A DNA stretch of 64,000 bases, from positions 2,587 through 66,586 of the forward strand of contig DATNIU010000249.1 of NCBI GenBank assembly GCA_035604275.1, given 5' to 3'. Below, in pieces: positions 8,662-15,918 of the stretch. The notes under the pieces were generated by a model. It saw only the letters and a program-made list of their open reading frames with translations. It was not told the DNA's origin and ran no database searches. How positions within the stretch are numbered: the first letter of the stretch is position 1; each line of letters starts with the position of its first letter. A program made the translations under genes and the position numbers. Source of the DNA: Streptosporangiaceae bacterium. Its GTDB lineage: Bacteria > Actinomycetota > Actinomycetes > Streptosporangiales > Streptosporangiaceae.

Positions 8662-9510
8662 ATGGAGACAACGCTGCGGCCCGGGCGGATTTCCCCGCCT
8701 CGCCAGGTTCCCGCGCACATCCAGCCCCCCGAGTACGTGGGCAAGCGGTACCCGAGGACCGGCGAGCCTGATGTCAAGGACGCCGACACCATCGAGCGGA
8801 TGCGAGTGGCCGGCCGGATAGCCGCCCAGGCCCTGGCCGAGGTCGGTGCTCACGTGGAACCCGGGATCAGCACCGATGAGCTTGACCGGATCGGGCACGA
8901 GTTCCTCTGCGACCACGGCGCCTATCCGAGCACTCTCGGCTACCGGGGCTACCCGAAGTCGCTGTGCTCGTCGCTCAACGAGGTCATCTGTCACGGCATC
9001 CCCGACGACACGGTCATCGTCGACGGCGACATCGTCAACATCGACATCACCGCCTACATCGGCGGCGTGCACGGCGACACCAACGCGACCTTCCTGGCCG
9101 GCGCCGTCGACGAGGAATCCCGGCTGCTGGTCGAGCGGACCCGCGAGGCCACGATGCGCGGCATCAAGGCGGTGGCGCCCGGCCGGGCGCTGAACGTCAT
9201 CGGCCGGGTGATCGAGTCGTACGCGCGGCGGTTCGGCTACGGCGTCGTCCGCGACTTCACCGGGCACGGCATCGGGACGACGTTCCACTCCGGCCTGATC
9301 GTCCCGCACTTCGACGATCCCTCGGTCAGCGTCGTCATGGAACCCGGCATGACCTTCACGATCGAGCCGATGCTCACCCTCGGCACGATCGACTACGAGA
9401 TCTGGGCCGACGGCTGGACCGCCGTGACCAGGGATCGCAAGCGCACCGCGCAGTTCGAGCACACAATTCTCGTCACCGCGGACGGGCACGAGATCCTGAC
9501 CCTGCCGTAA
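8662..9510 (+). CDS. map: Type I methionine aminopeptidase (mycobacterial MapB-like, with N-terminal extension)
   Basis: PEYVGK...[19 protein letters not shown]...[29 protein letters not shown]...[22 protein letters not shown]...FTGHGIG...FTIEPM...TAQFEHT. Confidence 0.95.
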   Translation: METTLRPGRISPPRQVPAHIQPPEYVGKRYPRTGEPDVKDADTIERMRVAGRIAAQALAEVGAHVEPGISTDELDRIGHEFLCDHGAYPSTLGYRGYPKSLCSSLNEVICHGIPDDTVIVDGDIVNIDITAYIGGVHGDTNATFLAGAVDEESRLLVERTREATMRGIKAVAPGRALNVIGRVIESYARRFGYGVVRDFTGHGIGTTFHSGLIVPHFDDPSVSVVMEPGMTFTIEPMLTLGTIDYEIWADGWTAVTRDRKRTAQFEHTILVTADGHEILTLP

Positions 9511-9678
9511 CGGCCGAGCCGCCGACCGCGGAAGCCGCCGGCGCGGGGCCGGATGCTGGCCGGGATCGGCTGCGCAATGACGGCCTTCGTCGTGACCGCC
9601 GGCGCACGGCCTGCTCGCCACCGCCCGCTGCTGCGTGTCATGCCCGCCGCGATAGCCGCCCGCTGAGGCCGCCGTGCG

Positions 9679-12156
9679 CTACATGAGGTTCTGCTGCCCC
9701 GACGCCTGCTCGTTGAAGTAATACGGGACCGGCCACTGGCCGGGAACCTGGGGCACCGGTGCCCGGCGCGGGCTGGTGGCCGGCCCGCGCAGGCCCGCGA
9801 GCTCGTCGGGGCTGACCGGTGCGCTGTTCAGCTCAAGCCCGGTGGCAGCGCGCAGCGCGCCGACGATCGCCGCCGTGGCGACGACGGTGGGTGACTCGCC
9901 GACGCCTTTGAGGCCGTACGGCGTGCCCGGCTCGGGTTCGGTGACGGCGGCAGTCAGCACCGGGGGGACGTCGAGCATGGTCGGAATGAGGTAGTCGGTG
10001 AACGACGGGTTGCGGATCAGGCCGTCCGCTACCTGGACTTCTTCCATCAGCGCCAGCCCGAGGCCCTGTGCCGTGCCGCCAGCCACCTGACCCTGGAGCC
10101 CGGCCGGGTTCATCACCCGGCCGACGTCCATCGCGGCCGCGATCTGGACCACCCGCGCCAGGCCGAGCTCGGCGTCTACCTCGACGACCGCCCGTTCAGC
10201 GGCGAAGGCGAATCCGGCGTGGATGTCCCCCTGGCCGCTGGCGTCGAACTCGGTGGTCGGGCGGTGGTGATAGACGGCAGCGCCGGTCACGGGCTCGGCG
10301 AGCAGGTCGCCGACGTCGGCCACCGGCGCTCCGCCTCGCATGATCATCCCGCCGGCCAGCGACAGGTCGCCGGCCTGGCCGGCCTGCTCTGCTAGCCCGG
10401 CCCGCTCGAACAGCCCGGCCCGCTCGAACAGCTCGGCCCGGATCCGCTGGCAGGCCAGCTGCACAGCACCGCCGGCCATGACGGACTGCCTTGAGGCCGA
10501 GGTCGATCCCGCGTTCCCGACCTCGGTGTCCGCGTCGTGCATGACCACATCGCCGATGCCGAGCTCGGTCCTGACGATCTGGGTCAGCACGGTGTAGAGG
10601 CCCTGGCCCATCTCGACCGCGGCGGTGTGGATCTCCGCGACCGGTCCGGCGGGCCCGGCCATCAGCGTGACCCTGGCTTCGGCCGCGTCATCGAACCCCT
10701 CGCTGAAGGCGAAGTTCTTGTATCCGACAGCGATCGCGACCCCCCGGCGGAGCCCCTCGCCGTGGGTGACGTTGCCGGTGCCCGCCGGGTAGCGCCGGGG
10801 GTCGCGGTGCAGCGGCGGCTCCTCCGCGGGCAGCGGGATGGCCATGCAGCGCTCGATCAGCTCACGCACCGGGGCGCTGCCGGTGATGACCTGGCCGGTC
10901 GGCAGGACCGAGCCCGGGCGCACCGCGTTGCGCAGCCTGAACTCGACCGGGTCCAGGCCGAGGCTAGCCGCGAGCTTGTCCATCTGCGCCTCGTGCGCGA
11001 AGCAGACCTGTGGTGTGCCGAAGCCGCGCATCGCCCCGCACGGCGGGTTGTTCGTGTAGACGACCGAGGCCTCGACCCGCACGTGCGGGACCTCATAGGG
11101 CCCGGCCGCGAACGTCGCCGCGTTGCCCACGACGGCCGGCGAGGACGACGTGTAGGCGCCGCCATCGAGGAGCAGCCTGGCATCGACCACCAGGAGCCTG
11201 CCGTCGGCGGACGCCCCGTGCCGCATCCAGATCCTGGCCGGGTGGCGGTGCACGTGCCCGTGGAACGATTCCTCGCGGCCCAGGCACATCTTCACCGGGC
11301 GGCCGGTCCGCAGTGCCAGCAGGCAGGCATGGATCTGAACGTGAATGTCCTCGCGCGACCCGAACGCCCCGCCGACGCCGGCCAGCGTCAGCCTGACCTT
11401 CTCGGCCGGCAGACCGAGGCAGGGCGCGATCTGCTCCGCGTCCACGTGCAGCCACTGCGCGGCCGCGTAGAGGTGAACACCGCCGTCCGCGTCGGGGACG
11501 GCCAGCCCCGCCTCCGGGCCGAGCGGCGCCTGATCCTGCATGGCCGTCTGGTAGTAACCTTCCACCCAGACGTCTGCGCCAGCGGTGTCCGGTTCACCAT
11601 GCACGATGTGCACGTGGCGCAGCACGTTGCCGAACGGGCGCAGCCGCGGCGCATCGGGCCGCAGCGCCGCCTCCATGTCGGCCAGCACGTCGAGCGGCGC
11701 CCAGTCCACGGCGATCAGGCCGATCGCCTCCCGTGCCTGCCGCTGGCTCTGCGCGGCGACCAGTGCCACGGCCTCCCCCTGATAGCGGACCACGTCCGCG
11801 GCCAGAACCGGCTGATCCGCGACGTTCAGGCCGAACGTGGGATGACCGGGAATGTCGGCCGCGAGCATGACCGCGTGCACGCCAGGACTGGCCAGCGCGG
11901 CGGAGGCGTCCACCGACCTGATCCGCGCATGCGCGTGCGGCGACCGCAGCACCGCGCCGTGCAGCATGCCATCGGCGCGCAGGTCGCTGGCATAGCTGAA
12001 CTCGCCGGTAACCTTCGGGACGCCGTCGATCCGCGGCGCGCTCGACCCCACCCCGGCCCGTGGTGACGCACGCCGTGGTGACGCACGCCGTGCTGACGCA
12101 CGCCGTGGAGACGCACGCCGTGCTGACTGAGCGAGCCCGGGCACCGATGCGTCCAT
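9679..12156 (-). CDS. Xanthine dehydrogenase/aldehyde oxidase family molybdopterin-binding subunit (stand-alone large subunit)
   Basis: PRIDGVPKVTGEFSYASDL...GGAFGSRED...PPCGAMRGFGTPQ...GVGESPTVVATAAIVGALRAATG. The start is ambiguous: 12219, 12156 (ATG, GAGG upstream) or GTG 12051 after the repeat array. Confidence 0.9.
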   Translation of the reverse strand: MDASVPGLAQSARRASPRRASARRASPRRASPRAGVGSSAPRIDGVPKVTGEFSYASDLRADGMLHGAVLRSPHAHARIRSVDASAALASPGVHAVMLAADIPGHPTFGLNVADQPVLAADVVRYQGEAVALVAAQSQRQAREAIGLIAVDWAPLDVLADMEAALRPDAPRLRPFGNVLRHVHIVHGEPDTAGADVWVEGYYQTAMQDQAPLGPEAGLAVPDADGGVHLYAAAQWLHVDAEQIAPCLGLPAEKVRLTLAGVGGAFGSREDIHVQIHACLLALRTGRPVKMCLGREESFHGHVHRHPARIWMRHGASADGRLLVVDARLLLDGGAYTSSSPAVVGNAATFAAGPYEVPHVRVEASVVYTNNPPCGAMRGFGTPQVCFAHEAQMDKLAASLGLDPVEFRLRNAVRPGSVLPTGQVITGSAPVRELIERCMAIPLPAEEPPLHRDPRRYPAGTGNVTHGEGLRRGVAIAVGYKNFAFSEGFDDAAEARVTLMAGPAGPVAEIHTAAVEMGQGLYTVLTQIVRTELGIGDVVMHDADTEVGNAGSTSASRQSVMAGGAVQLACQRIRAELFERAGLFERAGLAEQAGQAGDLSLAGGMIMRGGAPVADVGDLLAEPVTGAAVYHHRPTTEFDASGQGDIHAGFAFAAERAVVEVDAELGLARVVQIAAAMDVGRVMNPAGLQGQVAGGTAQGLGLALMEEVQVADGLIRNPSFTDYLIPTMLDVPPVLTAAVTEPEPGTPYGLKGVGESPTVVATAAIVGALRAATGLELNSAPVSPDELAGLRGPATSPRRAPVPQVPGQWPVPYYFNEQASGQQNLM
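10394..10440. repeat. In-frame 18-bp tandem duplication (AGCCCGGCCCGCTCGAAC x2.6) encoding FERAGLFERAGL inside the Mo subunit
   Basis: Read directly from the sequence. Confidence 0.9.
12056..12127. repeat. 15-bp tandem array (TGGTGACGCACGCCG, about 4.5 copies); each unit carries a CACG-N-CGTG palindrome
   Basis: Read directly. It encodes (RRASP)n if the upstream start is used; otherwise it lies in the 5' leader. Confidence 0.9.
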
Positions 12157-12317
12157 AGTTGCCTCACGGTACGGACGCCGGCCCGGGCGGTCCAGTGCCG
12201 AAGGTCCCGCCGGCACCACCGGACGACCCGTGACACTAACCGGAACCTGGACTTACACTCAGGCCAAACCGGGCAAACGACCAGGCGGTTATCCGTCAGG
12301 GCGCTCGGAGGACCACG

Positions 12318-14072
12318 GTGACGGCCCCGCAGCCTTGGAGGTACCCGGTGTCCGCACGCAGAGCCAATCCCCGCGTCCTTGCCGTCGCTCGCGGCGACGA
12401 GCCGGCCGACCTGCTGATCACCGGCGGCCGGGTCTTCGTGCCCGGCACCAGGGAGTGGATCGACACCGACCTCGCCGTGGCGGCTGGCGTGATCGCCGGC
12501 TGGGGCCCGCGCGAGGCACGCGAGGTTGCCGACGTCTCCGGCGCGGCCCTGACCCCGGGCTTCATCGACGCTCACATGCACCTGGAGTCGACCAAGCTCT
12601 GGGTCGATGAGTTCGTCAGGGCCGTGCTGCCGCATGGCACGACGGCGGTCGCCGCCGACCCGCACGAGATCGCCAACGTGTTCGGGGTCGCGGGCGTGGC
12701 GGCGCTGGCACAGGCCTCCCGCGGCCTGCCGTTCACCTTCGGGATCTGCGCGTCTAGCTGCGTGCCAGCGTCGCCGTTCGAGAGCCCGGGAGCGGAGGTC
12801 CACACCGCGGAGGTACGCAGGCTCTTCGACGAGCTCGGCGCGATCGGGCTCGCCGAGGTGATGAACTACCCGGGCGTCGTCGCCGGCGATCCCGAGCTGC
12901 TCGCGAAGATCGCCGCCGCCGGTGACCTTCGGGTGGACGGCCACGCGCCGGGACTGACCGGCCGGCAGCTTGACGCCTACCTGGCGGCCGGGGTCGAGTC
13001 CGATCACGAGTGCACGACGGCCGACGAGGCGGCGGAGAAGCGCCGCAAGGGCATGTGGATCTTCGCCAGGCAGGGCTCGGCGAGCAGGAACCTGGCGGCG
13101 CTGATCCCGCTCGTGCTCCAGCACGGGACCGAGCGAGTGGCGCTCTGCACCGACGACCGTGAGCCGGACACGATCTTCAGCGAGGGCCACGTCGACGACT
13201 GCGTCAGGCTGGCGGTCTCCTGCGGTGTCCGCCTGGAGGACGCTCTGGTGCTGGCGACATCCAACCCGGCCGGTTATCACAACTTCGATCACCTCGGCTG
13301 GCTGTCGCCCGGCTATCAGGCCGACGTGCTCTGCTTCGACTCACTCGACCGGCTGTCGCCGGTCATGGTCTATCAGGCGGGAACCCTGGTCGCCGAGCAC
13401 GGCCGCGCGATCGACGGCGCCGTGCCCGCCGCCCCGGCGCCCGCGTGGATGCGCCACTCGGTGCACCTGGCCGAGCCGCCCGGCCCTGCCGCCCTGACCC
13501 TGGCACCGCCGGCCGGCGGGCTTGCCAGGGTCATCGGGATCGAGCCGGACACGCTCTCGACCAGGCACCTGATCCTCGACGTGACACAAACCCCGGAGGG
13601 AATCGCCAGGATCGGGGTCGTCGAGCGCCATCACGAGACCGGCCGGATCGGCCTCGGCTACGTCCACGGCTTCGGGCTGGCCCGCGGCGCCATCGCCTCG
13701 ACCGTGGCGCACGACGCGCACAACTGCATGGTCGTCGGCGCCCTGGACGCGTCGGGGCCCGCCGACATGGCCTCGGCCATCGCCAGGCTGGCCGAGATCG
13801 GCGGCGGCCAGGTGGCGGTGCTCGACGGCCGCGTTATCGCCGAGGTGCCGCTGCCGGTCGGCGGGCTGATGAGCGATCGGCCGGTCGCCGCGGTGGCCGC
13901 GGAGGTCGAGGCCGTCGAGCACGCGGCGGCCACCGTGCTCGGCGTCGGCATCGCGACCCCGTTCATGCACCTGAGCTTCCTCGGCCTGTCGGTGATCCCC
14001 GAGCTGAGGATCACCGATCGCGGCCTGGTCGACGTGAACAGGTTCGAGCTGACCGCGGTGGCCGCGAGCTGA
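12318..14072 (+). CDS. ade: Adenine deaminase
   Basis: GFIDAHMHLESTKLWVDEFVRAVLPHGTTAVAADPHEIANVFG...SSCVPASPFESPGA...HECTTADEAAEKRRKGMWI; length 584 aa. Confidence 0.9.
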   Translation: MTAPQPWRYPVSARRANPRVLAVARGDEPADLLITGGRVFVPGTREWIDTDLAVAAGVIAGWGPREAREVADVSGAALTPGFIDAHMHLESTKLWVDEFVRAVLPHGTTAVAADPHEIANVFGVAGVAALAQASRGLPFTFGICASSCVPASPFESPGAEVHTAEVRRLFDELGAIGLAEVMNYPGVVAGDPELLAKIAAAGDLRVDGHAPGLTGRQLDAYLAAGVESDHECTTADEAAEKRRKGMWIFARQGSASRNLAALIPLVLQHGTERVALCTDDREPDTIFSEGHVDDCVRLAVSCGVRLEDALVLATSNPAGYHNFDHLGWLSPGYQADVLCFDSLDRLSPVMVYQAGTLVAEHGRAIDGAVPAAPAPAWMRHSVHLAEPPGPAALTLAPPAGGLARVIGIEPDTLSTRHLILDVTQTPEGIARIGVVERHHETGRIGLGYVHGFGLARGAIASTVAHDAHNCMVVGALDASGPADMASAIARLAEIGGGQVAVLDGRVIAEVPLPVGGLMSDRPVAAVAAEVEAVEHAAATVLGVGIATPFMHLSFLGLSVIPELRITDRGLVDVNRFELTAVAAS

Positions 14073-14150
14073 GCCGGGCCTGCCCGGCTGACCGCACGCT
14101 GACCCGCAGGCGGGCCGCCACGGAGAACACCATGGCGGCCCGCCGCCTGG

Positions 14151-15635
14151 TCAGGCTTCGGGCAGCACCGGAGTCGCCTCGCCCTCGGCCCGGACGGTCC
14201 TGGCAGCCAGCACGTAATACACGATGCCGCCGACGATCAGCCCCATGAACACGCTGAAGTCCGAGCCGAACGAACCGCCGATCCGGCTGGCGAGCGGCCC
14301 CTCGTACGACAGCGCGGTGGAGCTGAACGCGTTCAGCCATACCGCGGCCGCGATCATCCCGACCACCTGGGCGATGATCGCCGGCCAGAAGACGCCGCCG
14401 CGGCGGTAGTACCGGCCGCGCTCGTTCAGCAGGCCGCCGGTGTCGTAGCGGTTCTTCCGCAGCCACGAGTCGATCAGGTAGATCGCGCACCACGGCCCGA
14501 GCCAGACGATGATGAACAGCAGGAAGGCCGCGAGCAGGCTGAAGAACTTTCCGGAGAAGATCGCGTATGCCGTGAACCCGCCGCACACCACCGTGTCGAT
14601 CGCGACGCACTGCACTCGCTTCAGCTTGGGGATCAGGCTCTGCAGCGTGACGCCAGACGAGTACAGGTCGATGGTGTTGATCGCGAACAACTGGAAGATC
14701 GCGACGATCAGGAACGGGACGATGAACCAGGACGGGAACCCCTGGGTCAGGCCGGCGATGCCCTGGACGCTCGTGATGCCGGGCACGCCGGTAGCTATCG
14801 CCGCTCCGAGTACCTCAAGCAGCGCCGAGGCGATGCCCCCGCCGAGCGCCACTGCCATCACGATCCGCTTCCTGTCGGCGCCCGGCGGCAGATAACGGGA
14901 GTAGTCGTTGGCGTTCTCGGTCCAGCCGAGGCCTCCGGCCGAGATGACCACCGCGAGGAAGATCATCACCGAGCCCCAGGGCGCCCCGTGCGCGGGCACA
15001 TGCAGGTTCACCTTCGACGTCGTCAGGATCGCCATGATCACGAACAGGGCGACGAACGGCAGGGTCAGCCAGCGCAGCACCTTCAGCACGGCAGCGTGAC
15101 CGAGGGTCGGCAGGAGCGCCTGGATCGCTACCGCGATGACAATGATGACGATCTTGGCCGGAGTGCCGGACACCAGCTTGTACCGGTCGCCGATCGCGAT
15201 CACGGCCAGCACGACGAACGCGATGCCCTCGATCTCGAATCCGACCTGAGTCACCCAGTTGAAGAACGACGGCAGCCGGTTCCCGTGCGGCCCGAACGGA
15301 GCGCGGCTGATCGCGAAGGTTGTGGTACCTGCCCGCGGCCCCTGCAGACTAGCCAGGCCGGTCAGAACGTAGAAGAAGTTGCCGACAATGATCATGGTGA
15401 CGGCCTGGGCGAACGACAGCCCGAAAATGAGCACCGCGAGCGCGCCATAGAGCACGAACTCGACATTCCACACCGCTCCGGCCCACATCCAGAACAGGCC
15501 GGACGGCTTTCCCCACCGATGATCGAGCGGTACGTACTCGATCCCGCGCTGCTCGATGCTGGCGACCGGCGGCGGTACGCCGCCGTCGAGCACCGCGCTT
15601 GACCCGGCGCTGCCCCGCTCCGCTGCGCTTCCCAT
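14151..15635 (-). CDS. NCS1-family purine/cytosine permease
   Basis: 494 aa with about 12 TM segments: RGIEYVPLDHRWGKPSGLFWMWAGAVWNVEFVLYGAL...NANDYSRYLP. Confidence 0.9.
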   Translation of the reverse strand: MGSAAERGSAGSSAVLDGGVPPPVASIEQRGIEYVPLDHRWGKPSGLFWMWAGAVWNVEFVLYGALAVLIFGLSFAQAVTMIIVGNFFYVLTGLASLQGPRAGTTTFAISRAPFGPHGNRLPSFFNWVTQVGFEIEGIAFVVLAVIAIGDRYKLVSGTPAKIVIIVIAVAIQALLPTLGHAAVLKVLRWLTLPFVALFVIMAILTTSKVNLHVPAHGAPWGSVMIFLAVVISAGGLGWTENANDYSRYLPPGADRKRIVMAVALGGGIASALLEVLGAAIATGVPGITSVQGIAGLTQGFPSWFIVPFLIVAIFQLFAINTIDLYSSGVTLQSLIPKLKRVQCVAIDTVVCGGFTAYAIFSGKFFSLLAAFLLFIIVWLGPWCAIYLIDSWLRKNRYDTGGLLNERGRYYRRGGVFWPAIIAQVVGMIAAAVWLNAFSSTALSYEGPLASRIGGSFGSDFSVFMGLIVGGIVYYVLAARTVRAEGEATPVLPEA

Positions 15636-15833
15636 GGCCTGCCTCCCTGGCTTCGTCGAGGCAGATTCCCACGGCTCCGCCGACGGCAGGACGATCGCCA
15701 GCCGGAAGATCCACCGCGGCGTGCGCGAGACCTGTGTGCAGTACGGTGCACGCGCGCACCACGGGGCAATTCTGCTTCATGTGACGACTAGCTGACGAGC
15801 CAGACGCTACTACGGCGAATGATCAGAAAGGAA

Positions 15834-15846
15834 GGACCGAAGGTCC
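15834..15846 (-). terminator. Possible intrinsic terminator after the XdhD-like gene (GGACC-UUC-GGUCC followed by UUCCUUUCU on the minus strand)
   Basis: Short 5-bp stem read directly, with a T-rich tail. Weak. Confidence 0.3.
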
Positions 15847-15918
15847 CGACAAGATCTTGGGTTATCTGGCGTTATCGCGTGGTTTATCATGCCGCGCCTG
15901 CTGGCGCTGCCCGGATTC

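Noticed and set aside
10537-13292. Plus-strand 509-aa ORF (10537-12066) and minus-strand 488-aa ORF (11826-13292).
   Set aside because: They are shadow ORFs overlapping the Mo subunit and adenine deaminase genes and have a low-complexity Arg/Gly/Pro-rich composition.
15857-15890. Three TTATC pentamers (gggTTATCtggcgTTATCgcgtggtTTATCatg) next to the XdhD-like stop codon.
   Set aside because: The motif is short and irregularly spaced (13 and 14 bp). It lies just downstream of the XdhD-like stop codon on the coding strand, in untranslated DNA. Chance or terminator context is a more economical explanation.
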